A stretch of 63,944 bases of DNA, filler included, from Basidiobolus ranarum (taxonomy: Eukaryota), in assembly GCA_040143965.1 (NCBI GenBank). It is 3 parts of 3 records of this genome, joined end to end, with 100 filler letters (N's around TTAATTAATTAA, not from the genome) between each part and the next. Parts side by side here need not be neighbours in the genome. Positions count along the whole stretch, not along the records: positions 1 to 22,101 come from JASJQH010000192.1; 2 more parts are not named here. One strand, written 5' to 3'. A program made the position numbers and the translations under genes. Below the pieces are notes generated by a model. The model searched no databases, had not been told where the DNA came from, and saw nothing but the letters and a program-made list of their open reading frames with translations. Shown in pieces: positions 1 through 15,198 of the stretch; positions within the stretch are counted from its first letter, which is position 1, and the number at the start of each line of letters is the position of its first letter.

Positions 1-249
1 AATTTTCAGCAAAACTTTCATGTTTGGCATCCGTCTCGAGTAGCCGTCAGATTGTGCCCTACTTGCACAATATCCTCAGAACTAGTGTTGATGAACTCCC
101 CGACAAAAGAAAAGTATGGACCTGGATTTGCAACATCGGATCATCATTTCATGTGTTGCGAATATTAAGAAACAAACAATCATCATGTTGGCGTTCCATA
201 CTCTCACCAGTATCACACTAGATCCTATTTGGGTGGAGTAATTCAAATT

Positions 250-269
250 TATATATATATATATATATG
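250..269. repeat. (TA)n microsatellite
   Basis: Run of about 10 TA units. Confidence 0.85.
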
Positions 270-1230
270 ACTGGAGTATGCAGAATGACTGACATCTTTT
301 TTATGGTATCCGGAGAATAAGGCGTTGATCCCAGTTTCCAAAAAAATGAATGACGGAATTGCAGAGTTTTACTTGATATCCAACTCCCTTTTAACGAATA
401 TCTTTATACTTCATATTGACAAAATAATATGAAGGTCCCTCGCAGCCATTAAGAATGCTCTCTCGAATCAAAGATCGCTTAATGAGACTTCCACATGCGA
501 ACATTTAGATCGTAATCTTTGACTGTAGTTATACCTAATGGGCACTATATGTATTACTACTGATCGACCAAGAGGTTGCTACATGCGCATGGTTTTCTCC
601 ATTTGGCTGCATTATTCCACTCAGCCCGAGTAAAAGGAGTAGTGATCAGGCATTCAACACCAAGAATCTGACCCTGCAACATAGCCAAAGAAAATTGAAA
701 TTGATTGCATCAAATGTGAAATTGTTTGACCTCATTTGACAATGTGATACACATAATAGTGAGAAGAGACAAGCTAGTGGTAGATCGTGGGTATTGTTAA
801 CCAGGATGGTAGAAGCTTCATTACTACATTAGTCCTAATTCAAGCGTATGTTTCTTCACTGGAGGATTGATCGTTTATCTGCTATGATGATCACTTACTG
901 GATCAAATCAACAAAAGAGCTGGTGTTCTGACTTTGATTTTGGTAAATCAATTAATAATATTTCCACTTCAATAATTGAAAAATAGTGGCGACTGATTAT
1001 AGTCAGTCCAATCAAGTTTGGTATGAGTGGATCAGATATGATGGTGTAAAAACTGAAGGATTTATCTTAGTACTAAGCTCGTACCTTTTCCCTAAACCTC
1101 CTTCAATTCAATAGTAGCTTTCGATTATTACCTACCTTGAACTTCTTACACTTTAGTGCAACTCTTTTTTTCGTGCATATAGTTTTCAGTATCTTCACTT
1201 GCCTACTGCTATTCTTAGTACTTAAAGAAA

Positions 1231-2363
1231 ATGGATCACCTGGGCCATCCCAGTCAAAACCTTCCTCAACAGTACTCCACCTTACCCGAAGGTCATGTCC
1301 AAAGAAGTGAGCAGAGCTCAGCAGGATCTTCAAGTGGGCCGGGTTTCGGAGAGTTTTCCCGCGATAATCCGCCTTCTCATGCTGGTTACTCATCCTCTTT
1401 TGGTTACCAAAATGGGCTTTACGCAGCTAGTGCTCCAATTAATCCAAGCTATTCCCCTAATTATGGTCACCAGAGTGGTCATAATACCTCACAAAATATG
1501 GAGAGTGATGCCAGGTTAGGATATTTCTTATCACTCCAATAGGTTTAATATATATAACTTAAACTACACATTTCACTCTGCATTAGAACATATGACCTCA
1601 TCGTATGTCAACAGCCCTTGCACGCTAGGATGTGTGGCTTCGGTGAAAAAGATCGCCGTCCCATCGACCCACCTCCTATAATTCAATTAATCGTTAAGGA
1701 TCAACAAGGCAGAATTGACATGGGGTAGAGTTAATGTGAACGTGACAAATCCTTCGTATGTGTACTTATAATAACGCTTATCTCTGTATACATGTTAGTG
1801 TTCTACAAAATCCTTTCTTTGTACTTCATGTCACACTATGGTCGGAAGACGGAAAAGAAGAAAGGAATATCATTAGCAATCCCCCAAAGTGCACTCGAGT
1901 TTTAATGGGATCATTAGTATCATCACCTAATATTTTGAAAAATCCTGAAGGAGAACAAGGCTGCTATTTCTGTTTCCCAGATTTGTCGATTAGAACGGAG
2001 GGTAGATACTGTCTGAAATTCTCTTTGATGAAACTTGGAGGGTAAGCTTGATAATTTTATCAGCGTGTCAATGTCGGATATTGAACAGTATTAACTCGGT
2101 ATTCAAACCTCTTCAGTGATGATTGTCTTTCGGAAGCCAAATCGGATATAATAGCACAAACATTCTCAGATCCTTTTACCGTTTATTCCGCCAAGAAGTT
2201 CCCTGGAATGACAGGTAAGCTATACATCCCTTTATTCAGGTACTATATTTCAGCCTAGCTGACAGATCTTATAGAATCCACCGAGCTTTCAAAAGCTTTT
2301 GCCAGACAAGGATTGAAGATTCCTATCCGCAATGATGTTCGTCCGAGAAAGGCTGGAGATTAA
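1231..2363 (+). CDS. Velvet-domain regulator (VelB/VosA/VelC-like), 5 exons
   Basis: Spliced translation gives [94 protein letters not shown]; GT-AG introns; low-complexity N-terminus. Confidence 0.93.
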
Positions 2364-3974
2364 ACAATTCCAAACTGTTATGCTAGAGTTCGAGGATTTT
2401 TTACCAGATCTCCAGAGCTCTAGCATAGTGGTGACTTTCTAATAACAGAATGTATCTTCTAATTTAAGATATCGGGGTTTCAAGAATTATTTTTAGTGTT
2501 TACTCTATTGAACAAAAGTAGTATATATTTGTTCTCTTTGGTCGATTAAATTTTTGTATGGGGAGGGGAGATGAAAGTGGAGACGTTATGTTAGTTTTTG
2601 TTGCATTCTCTTTGAATTTAAGTGTTTATTGTCCTCCGACTTTTCCTTGAACAATGCCATCCTGTTTACATGTACATAGGAGAAACCATCTTCCATGATC
2701 TCTTTTCCCTGATAAATAGAAATGAAACAAAGAGTCTCATTAATCTCCCTCATTGTATGAAAATCAGATTACCTCAATCTGTGTTTCTAGAGAGCTTGGC
2801 TAACACACGAAAGTAGTAATGAAATCGTAGATGAGACTGGAGAATTCATGTTCTTCCAAGGATCATCGACGCAGCTCACTATTCAAAGTATTCTAGATCT
2901 GGTAATGATAAATATTGTTCTAGAGAGAGGGTCAACCCAATTATGAACCAGTTACGGACAAGCTGATTGTCCAGAGAATTCTAATTGATCTCACTATAAA
3001 AGGGTGTATTTCTATTTATCACTTTACTCTTCTATAGCAGCATGTTTGAGTACGCCAAAAGCATATTGATTTTAAAGAATTAAGATGTTCTATTAAAATC
3101 CCCTCTGGTCTGGAGCGAGCCTGCCCATATCTATCCCACATCTAGCTCATTTTAATGTCAAGTTAAATTGCTTGTTTTAATTTGCTCAGAAGTCGCCATT
3201 TTAATATCCGCGATGAGAGCATTAGGAGTCGTGAATCTCGGGCTAGGAGTGAATCTAGAAATAGCTATAGTGACGCTTTAGACGGAATTGGATGAACTAG
3301 AATCGGCCCATCCGTTTGGGATTTGCTAAAGCCATCTTTAGTTTTATCTGAAAATGGGTCCCTAACTGCCTTCCATCGGAGAAAGTCTAATACAATTCAA
3401 TCGAGTGGGCTACTTTAATCATAGTATATGGGATGATTGTTCTGCAGAGGCTGAGATCTGGAAATGGGGATATCGTAATTTCCATGTTTAATGAGTGCAT
3501 CATTTAAATCTATCAATAGCTAATATGGAAAAGATTTCCTCTGAAGCTTTTCTATAGCTTAACTACAATTGACGCTTTTGGCAAATGTGACGAAACGAGC
3601 AGGGCTTTTAGATATTATGAATGTACTGTAACCATGATTGGCCTGAGGTTTCGTGCAAAGTTAAGCTTATCCAAAGTAAGAGAATCCTTCAAAGACTCCA
3701 ATTAACGGAGGACTTCGATTATATTTAAGCGTGGTAAATTAGTCAACTATAAACAATGTAGGTGATTAAAAAGGGATTTACAATGGCTACGGTAGTACAG
3801 TAAAAAGAATTCAAAGCCTGTATGGCTAGGGGACAGATCTTTGTTGAGACCATGCTGATTAATGTGAGAGCTGTAACTCTATCTATAGAATCAAGTCAAT
3901 GTGGTATATCCTGTCAAAAGAAGCATCATTATGGGAATCTAGGGCGGCGTTATAGCCACCTGAGTCGAACAAAT

Positions 3975-5048
3975 CTAATCATAAGGTGGTGGTAGGACGG
4001 ATGAAAGATTCATGACTGGCAGTTGGTCATAGCGTGGAGGGCTCTCTCCCATCATTTCCAAAGATTCCGGCATTACGTGCAAAGGGATTTTTATGACAAT
4101 GGCATTAATGGATTTTCCAGCAGAGAAAGTAACACGAACTTGCAATTTATGAGTGATTTCGATCAGTTCAGTATTACAATCGAAGTGAACTTTCTCTTCT
4201 TGTCCTTTGGGGAAATTGATGGTGTAACTGCGATTATAAGAAGTGCGAGGTTCCTCAATCTTGGATCTAAGATTAAACCATCTAGTGTTCACTTGACGTT
4301 TGTTACTTTTAGTTCGTCTTAGGGTCAAAAACTCTAGTAAGAAGAATGTGATGTGTTTAACTCGTACTTCCGGACCTTTGGGAAGGAATGTTAGGAAAAC
4401 TGAAAGTGAGTCAGACAGTGAGATCATACGATGCGAGACAAATATTGTATAATCCAACATGTCTTCCCAAGAATCGACAATTGGATAAGTCTGATTAATA
4501 TCTAGTAGACTGGGTTGTGCGAAGCGACGTACCACCAATTCCTTTTCGCATACTAGATTTGGTCTGAGAGCGTTCCGCCCCATGACTGCAACTAGCTTGT
4601 ATTTCACTTGTCCGTTTTTGATGCGGATCGTCTCTGGTAAGAATCCGTTGAATATGAATTCAAAGGAATAGCGATGCTCACCAGCAGACAATGTAAATGG
4701 ACCTTCTTTGACTGGTAAAAGATTCCAGTGATAAAGAACAAGATTCTGTCGTTCACAGCTTGTAAGAGCACTTCCAGCAAAGGCTACATAAATAAATACG
4801 TGTTAGTTTAATATATCAGAAGTAGGCAGCGCAATAAGCCTCCAATAAATATACTTACACTTTGGCCACATTATCTCAGTCTTCCCTTTCAGCTTCAATG
4901 TCATAAAGTTTAAGACGATCTCTCGCTTTAATTGAACAACGACTGTGCCGCGCAACACCGAACCAACTGATTCATTGCGCGACCCGTGAAGAATTAGACA
5001 ATCTTCGGACAGTTGGATGTCGAGCTTGATGCCGAGCAAAACATTCAT
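3975..5048 (-). CDS. Alpha-arrestin (ART/Rsp5 adaptor-like), 2 exons
   Basis: Arrestin_N-like LRGTVVVQLK...LKLKGK, AGEHRYSFEF, LPETI...VKYKL; arrestin_C IEITHKLQV; C-terminal PPRY and PPPY motifs; intron near 4790-4860. Confidence 0.88.
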
Positions 5049-6199
5049 TACTTTTCAAGACTCTATCAATGATGCGAAAGGGCTGGGTAATACTTAATCA
5101 ATGAGAAGACAATGGTGCGATGAGAAGTGCTAAAATTAGACGGTGACCAAAAGGATTGAAATGTTATTGAGAATTTTAGATTCCCAATAAATATAATAAG
5201 TAGGCTACAGATAGGGAGGCGAGGGTGCATATATACCCATCCGTGCCAAAATGCCAGAAAGGAAGTAATCTGTTTATTCATCATGATTTTCACTATAACA
5301 TCGGCTTGTATCCCCCCTACTCTATTGCCTTAGACCTGCATATTTTAGTGTTTAGAAAAGCGGGGGAAGGGGGGGAGGATGAAGAGTGAGGATCAACTTG
5401 ACTTTCGTGATTACCACTTGGAATGAATAGCCAATGGCACTGACTGTATAGTCATGGGCATGCGATTTGGCCCATACACCTTCAGTACTGGACTCGCTAC
5501 CCCTTAATTCTTACAATTCTATATTTGTACTACTCTAGGAATCGCTCCGAACCTTTTTTGTTAGGTGCTTAGAGATTAGGGACATGCAAAACAATGTAAA
5601 GTAATGAGAAAATACGTATGAAGATAGAGCAGCCAAGTGCCGCGCTCTTGTTTGGACCTTGATTGTATGTAAGCTATGCATCGTGGCATACATCGATCCA
5701 TAGAATATTTATACAACTTGGAGCTTAGCAATCTTCCGATAGGAATGATTTCAATTCAATATATTACTGCAAAATGAAACTAGCCAATTTCAGGAATCCG
5801 CTATGTTCATATGACTCCACATCGTTTTCATCCACCCAGCTAAATCAGCAAGTTTATTTTCTCGTTAGCATTCATGGTTAAGGGGTTACATGTGGATACC
5901 TCGGTTTCAAAGTGACAAGGCAACACTTAGGGTTAGAGGTTTACTGCAAGCTGTTTGCTTGCAATCAATGCATATATATTTGGACCCCAATGTTAACTTA
6001 CATCGCACAGCATTTGTCTTCTGTGGCAATTGGTTATGTGCTTGAATGACTATCCGAGATATCTTCACAAACGAAATTAACATTCAGCCACTGAAATTCA
6101 CATTTAACTGATAAAGAGTTGTCTTTATTATTATGTGTTTGTGAGATGGCTAGCACTAGATATTCTAAGGTCATTACAATAAGCTAGAAATCATGCTAG

Positions 6200-6982
6200 T
6201 AACTTATTGACGAGCAAAGATTGCCATCTTTTACTCAACCTTATCACGACGTTGCTCAAGATTAAACTTAAGTTTATGATAACGTTTAATTTTCTCACAC
6301 TCAACACGTTTCTTCTTATCAGCGAACTGCAAAGATGGATCTTAGTGAAGAGATTCGTACATTTCTTCAATATTGTCTTTTGATAGATCAGCTTCAAGGG
6401 TATTTTGAAAAATTGACGTTTATACTCCTCTTCATCATCCTCAGCGAAGTAGCTCATGTATTCGGCAATACATCCATCATAACTATAACTACGAATCCAA
6501 AGGCTTTGACTCAGCATCATTGCAAGGTTTTCAGAGTGGAGGATGAATACAGCACCGTCAGACACCTTTGAGTGCGGCGAATACTCGGGGGCTAGTAGTC
6601 ATGTGCTTTAGACCAACATCAAGGAAGGCCTTGACAAAGTTGCAGTTCCACCAGCTTCCTCGACACCCTGGTTGTCGGCAAGTCCGAGTTTAGTCAAAAT
6701 ACGACGGGCAAGGAAAAGTCCGGTACAGTAAGCGGCAACATTACTGATCAAACCGACCTTCACACATTACTTGTATAATTCGTGGGAGTAAGCAGAGGCC
6801 AAAATAAAGCCTCCTTGAATCTTAGCATACACGATTTGGATCATAATGTCGCTGTTGGCGGTGAACAACCAATCTATACTTCGGAGAGTTACATCAAAGT
6901 ATCAAAAAATCACCAACCTCTTCTACATTTAATTTGGAATCGCTTGAATTAAGCCTTGTTCTTGACTAGTTTAATGAATGAC
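6200..6982 (-). pseudogene. RPL5: 60S ribosomal protein L5 (uL18) pseudogene
   Basis: FIKLVKNKA*FKRFQIK, NSPKYRLVV, QIVYAKIQG, AYSHEL, AAYCTGL, SDGAVFILHSEN, IAEYMSYFAEDDEEEYKRQF spread over different frames with stops and deletions. Confidence 0.9.
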
Positions 6983-9190
6983 TTAATACAACATAAATGT
7001 TATTGCTAGTTTTCTTTAAAAATCAACAACCACTATTTCTTCCATCCATCGGATCACAAATGCTGACATTCAAATATATTTATCATTGTAACGATGACTC
7101 TGAGAGATCAAAGATTCCATTCAATAAAAAGGGAGCATGTTTCTCCTGACCTATACCTCCAAACCTTCATATTTTTCTCCTCAGTTTCCTAGAGCAGGGA
7201 TAGTTATTTGAGTCTTCTAAAAGTAATTCATCAAATCAATATTCGACATCCTAAAATATGAATCAACAATAAGTATGGCTCTACTACCTGGCGTAGTTAT
7301 AATTCTCTGGAAAACATATATACATTGTGCAGTCCCCTCTCTCGTTAGTGATAGAATCTACAGTGATGTTGGTAATCAAGTGATGAGCGGACGATTCAAA
7401 TCAGATTTGTCTTCCTTGGTTCAGTGCCTATGCTCCTTACGAAGTACCTCAATCGTAGTGGGCAAGAGCGTGAAAGATCACCTCATCATCGCTATATACT
7501 CTTAATGACTGCAAAGCGGTATCTCTCAAGAGGGTAGATAGTCGCTGAAACTTAACAGTCTGGTCAATATTGGGTGACCATACAAAGGGAGTATGTAAAA
7601 GTAATAGTTGATAAATCTTAATCTCGAATATATGAAGCATACCTGAATGGCGCCAATTACTACAGTATGCATACCACATCTCATTGAACCCGTGCCAAAC
7701 ACCGTCTACTGGACTCTTACTTCGTTACAATTGTTGTATTTTCTACCTTAGAATCATTCAGATGCAAGGTTTGAGTTTCACCGTCAATATCGACCGAACA
7801 TGTCACTTGAATCCCTGAACATTAGCCATTAGGAGTCGGATAATCATCAAACATTCTGAACATATACCACACCGATTTACCAAGTGCCCCTGAATTATAT
7901 TTCGTTACAATGCAGTCGGGATATTCAAGGAAAGCAGCAACTGATTGGATTGCCTGGTCTGATTACCAACATCATTTTACCTTTTGTCAATGGGGAGCTC
8001 TAATTCGCAACAACCACACCCCTCGATAAGCTGATGCCATATGATACAAATTGAGTCTTTAACTCGAACAGCACAGCTTGTGGGAGTGTTAGGCAGAAGT
8101 GTCGAGATTTATATCATCATACTCATCGGTCTGACAATAGTGAATCCAAGCAACTTGAACAAAATGCTCAACGTATCATGTCGCTTCTGCGTTTACCTCC
8201 ACGTTAGTATGGGGCTTTAAAGTGGCAACTAAGAATTGCGTCCCAATTTGTTTTTACGAGTTCATGGTTAGAAGGACAATGTCTCATGCACACACTTGAT
8301 CGCTTACGAACTCCTCATCATTGAGAATGGAACAATGGCCAATGATAAGAGATTTGTTTTACGTACATTCGAATCAACTTCAGTTTTCTAGTGAGACCAA
8401 ATCATCTTAATTAATCATCGTTTAACACAGCCAAGACTCTTCAATGGTTTCTTTTGCTCTCTTGGAGAGATATTTATAACTGTACTATTCTAAACGTAAG
8501 AATCGATTGAGCCAAGTTTGAATCGATAGTGTTGCAGACCCCTATTTTTGACTAGCAAAAGGGTTTGGTTGTGTTAGACACAGAAGCCGCTGATTTCTGG
8601 ATCTTTCTGTCCCATGTATGAGCATGGTTTTAATACGCAGACATTCTGCACAACTGCCATTCAGTTTAAAATAGATTTCCCAATGTGAAATACATAAACT
8701 CGGATGCAACCATCAGAAACCCACTATTCTTCACTTCATTATCTCTGCATTATGACCATTCTCCCATTTATCCACCAACCTTCGTGCACACCCCTATTCA
8801 ACTTCTAATAGCTGAATCTGGAACTAGAGACTCATTCTATTGATACTTGGTAGGCCGAATTTGATTGAATGGATGATCACCAACACAACCATAATTGTTT
8901 TCTGTTTTGTGAAATTGGATTACTTTTCATTCTATTGAGCCGGTGTCTAAACTTGAGCTGCATTCAGTCTCATTCAATGTGATTAGATGGCATATAAAGA
9001 GAGTCGGATAACATGCTCTCCCACCATTGCTGAACTATAGATTTGTTTGTTTCTACCAAGCCTCATATACATTTAGAAACCTATTCCAGAAATACCTTCT
9101 GCCACGATCAGTACAGTCAACCAAGCTTCTTGGTGTTTAAGCTACGTTTACAGCCGCCATCTTCTCATCTCACAATAACTATTACCTGCC

Positions 9191-10570
9191 ATGGGTTGCT
9201 GTCTAAGTAATGAGAATTTGGAAGAGAGACGCAAAAACGACGAGATTGAGAACCAAATCAAGAAGGATAAGCTCTCGCAAAAGAATGAGATAAAGATGCT
9301 GTTGCTGGGTACATATATGTTTCTTACTTTAATATCAACTTTCATATGAAATAGACCTGCTCTGTCCATTGTTCAAGAACTTCTGGTTAACAATCTTGAC
9401 TATCTTAGGCGCTGGTGAGTCCGGTAAAAGCACCATACTTCGCCAAATGAAACTAATCCATGATGAAGGGTACAGCCCAATTGAACGGGAATCTTACAAA
9501 GATATCGTTTACTCCAACATTGTCCAGTCAATGAAAGTTATATTGATGGCCATGTTAAAAATGCACATTTCGTTAGGCAATCCAACAAACGAGGCAGCCG
9601 TCGAATATATCATTAATTTACCCACTTATATTGGCCAAACAGGCAAACAAGCATTCAGCTCCGAGATTTTTGATGCCATCAAGTTACTCTGGAGTGATAC
9701 TGGCGTCCAAGCTTGTTTCCAGAGATCCTCACAGTATCAGCTAAACGATTCGGCAAAGTAGTAAGTGTCTGAACTAGGATAAAACTAATAAATACTACGC
9801 ACATATAACTAATGGTGACTCTAGCTATTTTGACGCAATTGAACGCATCTCAGCACCTAGTTATCTTCCTACCGACCAAGATGTCCTCCGTACTAGAGTG
9901 AAGACAACGGGCATCACCGAGACGACATTTGAAGTGTCTGGTATGATATATCGTATGTTGGATGTGGGAGGGCAACGTTCGGAACGTAAAAAATGGATTC
10001 ATTGTTTTGAGAATGTCACAGCTATCATTTTCTTAGTTGCCATCAGTGAGTATGACCAGATGCTAGCCGAAGATGAGACAGTGGTAAGTGAAAGATTTGT
10101 GTATAGCGAGAATTTCCAATGTAAGGAAACTAAAGTGCTTACTTCACCTATGATCATATGATATAGAATCGAATGCAAGAGGCCTTAACCTTGTTTGACT
10201 CAATTTGCAACTCGCGTTGGTTCGTGAAAACCTCTATCATCCTCTTCTTAAACAAGATCGATCTTTTCAAATTGAAATTGTCCCGATCACCGATGAAAAA
10301 CTGCTTTCCCGATTACGAAGGTAATTGCACTGCAATCTCTCCTTCACTTTCCTTGTTTTAACGCTGCTATAACCTTTTGTAGGTGGCTCTGATTATCAAC
10401 GTGCATGTGAATACATCACCGATCGATTTACAGCGCTGGATCACTCCCCTAAGAAACAAATATATTCTCATCTCACATGCGCCACCGATACTAAGCAGGT
10501 CAAGTTTGTTATGTCTGCTGTGAATGACATATTAGTTCAGATAAATTTACGTCAATGTGGACTAGTGTAA
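9191..10570 (+). CDS. Heterotrimeric G-protein alpha subunit (Gi-like), 5 exons
   Basis: MGCCLS lipidation motif, [44 protein letters not shown]-terminus NLRQCGLV. Confidence 0.97.
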
Positions 10571-11481
10571 GGCATTCTTTGAACTAAGTGACCAAGTTAA
10601 GAGTAGATGATGAAGCAGCCTGTTTAAAGTGAAATTTTCAATGGGTAAATATACACATCGTGTATAATCTTTATTCCACCTCCTATTAGGCCATAACATC
10701 ACCAAACGACTTGACTTGGCTAGCAACAGATGGCATCAAACTAAATGTCAAGTAGAAAATAAACACTTGATTCGGCATATTTTGCAGTGCTTCAAAGAAC
10801 GGATACTTTACTATCACATAAAAACCCACCACTACTTACGTAACTAGGTGAGACTGTAAGGTATTTTGTAGTACTTTCTGCGAAGCATGTTTCTAAAATC
10901 TCTTACAAATAGAATTTCAATGTTCCTAGTCATTCAATAAACCTCAGTCCATTCTACCAATGAACTCGAGTCAACTAACAGTCTACCATTTGTCGACCTG
11001 TGATAAAAGTTCACTTGGGTGGCATTTTAAGCCGTCTGGCATGAGGACCTCGAATTCCTTTTGTCATCCGGGGAAACTTCTTTGCTTGCGCATATAACAC
11101 TGGAATCAAAAGCGAATTTACTTGAACCAAACTTGTAAGCTGCAATTTGAGATATCATTACATACTTCTATTCATTTAGACACTCTTTGACATTCCATTT
11201 ATCTTTAACCCCAAATTGGCTTTGTTCATCTTTTGATTATCTTCGATCTTGATTGCTGCTTATGAGACTTCGATCCCACCATTTTTTTTGTGTCAGATTT
11301 TTTCCTCCAGACCTTTTTGTCCTATCCTATTTTAATACTGGAATTGACAAAAAATTGAACCTTATCCACTTTGATAAAAGCCAATTCTAAAAAACCGATT
11401 TGCTCCAATCTACATCTCTTTCATCCCACTTTCTTTAATTTATATACATTTATATTAGAAAGCATATTGTAAAAAAGTGAT

Positions 11482-12576
11482 ATGTTGGCACAAGACCCCG
11501 TGAACTTTCAAAACGAGCTTTATAAAACTGCAGTGTCTGTAGTCCAACACAACTTGGATAACTCTCAGCTAGAACATGATTCTATTACTTTCGGTACAGA
11601 GGAAGGGAATTTACTTCCAAGAGGTGACCAGGAAGATTACAACTTCCATTTACCGCATACTCAACTGCCTGAAATGAGGTTAAATCAAAGTGAGAAATTC
11701 GCCACCCCTATGTTCCATAGAAATGAAAATTTTCGGGATCCAGTCTTTTCTGCTGAATCGACACAATCAGAACGTACTCCTTTGAAGCGTGAACGCTCAG
11801 AAAATTGGCAGCATCGTGAGACACAATTTCTTATCGAAAAATGGAAGAAATATTACCCCAAACTTAAGAAGCACAAAAGAAATATGTCAGTGTGGGAGAA
11901 AATCGCAGGTGAATTGAAGCAATCGGGATTTAACCGTACAGCCACCATGTGTAAAAGTCGAGTTAGGGTTCTTATGGCCAAATACAAGGTGCACTTTAGT
12001 TTTCCTTCCTGTGTGTCAGTAATTCACTATTTTATTTTTAACTGACGACGAGTGAATTTTCATCACTTTTTTTAGCAATGTTTTGTTAATAATTCCGAAG
12101 ATGTAGAAGCTGTAGCGAACTTTGACTATTTTGAAGATATGAAGCTACTTTTGTCAGGAAATTTCGCTGGCTTGAACGGTGAAGAACACAATGATTCTCC
12201 CGCCATATCATTCAACCCATTACGCTCCTGCGAACCAGATCGCTTTGAATCTAACTGGCGTAGACGTGACAGGGACTTTGATACTACGGAATCAGATGAC
12301 GACTTAGACTTCGATAGTGATAAGAAGCGTAAATTTTCAGAGGAGATCCAGAACCTGCTGGAAGATCTAATTGTCAAAGACGGTCTTTATGCTAAGAAAC
12401 GGGAGAATACCCTGCAAAATCGTGAACAACGCTCTATTGCGAATCAGAGATCTAAAGCAGAAAAAGAAAGGATACGTGAAGAGAGATACAAAGCCAAGGA
12501 GATGGAAACGAAAAGATACTTCGAAATGCAAATCGAGCTTGTCAATTCACTCGTTGAGGCTATCAAACAAAAATAA
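11482..12576 (+). CDS. Myb/SANT-like (trihelix GT-1 type) DNA-binding protein, 2 exons
   Basis: NWQHRETQFLIEKW...VWEKIAGELKQSGFNRTATMCKSRVRVLMAKYK, intron about 11989-12075, then FDYFEDM and a C-terminal coiled coil. Confidence 0.85.
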
Positions 12577-14092
12577 TTTCCAGTTATTCTTTCTCATCAT
12601 AATCTTATATCCATGTCTCACTTACTCCTTTTTGACAAAATCTCTATGCTTTCGCCAGCATTCAATAGTTCATTCATATGTAGATATTTTTAGAGATGGA
12701 TTAGTTGGCTTCATATTGATTTACCTTTCTATCCCCTCTGTGATACACGCTAGATAGGCAATACCTCTAAATGATAGATATAACTTGCCAAAGAGTCTCA
12801 CTAATCGAACACTGACTTTAATAAATATACATTGATTTTATGGAGATGTTGTTCTTTGTCTATGTTTGAAGTACTTGATAAGTTTTCTGAGCAACACAAT
12901 TGCCTAACCCCTAACCGTAGATCCAGTAAATTAAATGTGCACATTTGCATTTTTGGGTGCATTATCAAATGAGGCTTATTACAAGTCATTTACCAAACAC
13001 TATACACATTAACGACCCTACAAGGATTACATGTCCAGGGGAACAATCCCCATATAGACCTTGATCTTAAGAGCTATCAGTCGTTTGAAACACTGCTATG
13101 ACCTCCTAGTAGCACCAACTACTGATCAGAATAACCGGGCTCACAGCTATATCCTAAACTAGTAAAATTGTGTGAACACTAAGCTAAAAAGCGGGGATTC
13201 TGGGCCTATATTGGCATCCAAGATTCAACTTAGAAGACAGTCGTGAAATAGTCTCATCAGGTCAGAGTTCAGCTGCTTAAATGTTCGAAAACTCAATTAT
13301 TGTCATTTTGAAGAATGCACGGGAATTAGCGCATGTTAGGGAACCCTTGAAGTAAGCAATAAAATATTAACACCCACTCTGATAGGTGATGCAAATAGGG
13401 ATACAATACTTTCGATAGACTCGAGCAACCGCTAAAACTTGTAGATACCTACCTGATGGAGAATCTGGTTAGCTCACCCTGCTTTCGTCCAGGGCGAGGT
13501 TAGTGTACCCTTACCACAATGGTTCGGACTCATCAAGTGACCATATTTTGAAAAATACCATCAAAGAGGAGATTTTCTGGCCTGCCCAGTTCACTGTAAT
13601 CTATTTTGTTTCACAGAATTAGGCTGCGTATAACAAATTAATTCAGTATCACTCTGGTTTCCATTTACTAAAGTCATGGGGTATTACTAGGATATTTGTC
13701 TCAATTCTCCTTGCTCTTATTGTTACCTCTGAGTCGCTAAATCCTTTCTAATTCAGAGTTGTCTTGAATCATCAAGCCCCAGCTTGGTAATTGGTCCAAG
13801 TTGCGAGCATGAGGCAGGCTAATATGAATCTGATCATGAAAATATCGACAAAATGCTGTTGTAATTCAAATATCTGCCGCTTTCATCTTCATTCTCCTTC
13901 CAGTTCTCGTAATTACCTGGTCTTATCCATGTTCCACACAAGTCATCTCTAATACAATACAATATTCTAATTTCCACCAATCCAATATTTGTGCATTAGT
14001 ATTTATATCTCCATTTATCCTGCTACTTTCTTGTTTGGTCTCCAAGGTTTATAATAAAAGGACTTTCGTTGGGGTTCCTAAAATCGGTTGAA

Positions 14093-15198
14093 ATGTCCGC
14101 GAATTCTAAAAAAAGCTCTTTCAAAGAGGCCTTTTGCTATCCTGATATCTTGAGATACAAGGGTTCAGTTCTTCCTGCCATTTTGCCTCATTTCCTAGCC
14201 ACTACTCTTTTTTCTTCGTTGATAGTGTACTTGTATGAAGTGAAAAATGTCAAAGTGTCTCTCCCTAACGCAATCGGTACGTATTCCAATTACTTTGTTT
14301 TGATATAGCTCGTACCATATATTTACCTATTTGCTCTGTAGTGCCCTCTCTGGCTGTAGTTGTGGGTCTCCTTTTGGTATTTAGAACCAATACTGCCTAT
14401 GATCGTTATTACGAAGGTAGACGCTTGTGGACCACTTTACGTGCGGCAATTCGTAATCTAACTCGTCAGTTTTGGACTGGAGTGGTTGAAGCAGATAAAA
14501 TTGATCAAGTAGAGAAAGATAATGCTATCAAACTGCTCCTAGCATTTGCCCTGGCTACCAAGCATCATTTACGTGGTGAAAGCGATGTACCCCACTTCGA
14601 ACTTGAACAACTTCTCCCACCCGAACTTCAATTCACAGCAAGAATTCACTACAAAACCCCAAATGCCACAAACAATCTCCAACACTATCGTTCTTCAGTA
14701 GAGATTGATGCAGAGACTGGAATCAATTTACCGTTGGAGATTGCGTTCTACGTTAGTATGTACGTTCAAAAGCAACTTAAGTCCAAGAAAATTGAAGGAC
14801 CCCAGAACACCACCATCAGTAATGCTCTGTCAACTATGGTGGATAGCTTTGGAAGCCTGGAGAGAATTTTACGCACGCCAATTCCGTTGGCCTATAATAT
14901 TCATTTGAAGCAATCTCTTTACGCTTATTGCAGCGTACTTCCATTTACTCTGGTGGAGGGTTTACATTGGATGACCATTCCTATTATTGGGATTGTAGCG
15001 TTCATGTTATTTGGTATTGATGGAATTGGTGCCGAGATTGAGAATCCATTTGGTTATGACTGGAATGATTTGCCTTTGGATGACTTCTGTGATGAGTTGA
15101 AGAGAGAAGTAGATTATATGACAACAAAGGTCCCCAAAACCCTTCCCAAGCACAGTTTGGATAATGAGCCACAGAGCCCACCTTTGATTCCAATCTAA
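14093..15198 (+). CDS. Bestrophin-like anion channel (UPF0187/YneE/VCCN type), 2 exons
   Basis: KGSVLPAI, GLLLVFRTNTAYDRYYEGRRLW, LERILRTPIPLAYNIHL, IGAEIENPFGYDWNDLPLD. Confidence 0.92.

Noticed and set aside
7275-7860. Possible decayed coding sequence on the minus strand
   Set aside because: Short broken frames with no family I can recognise.
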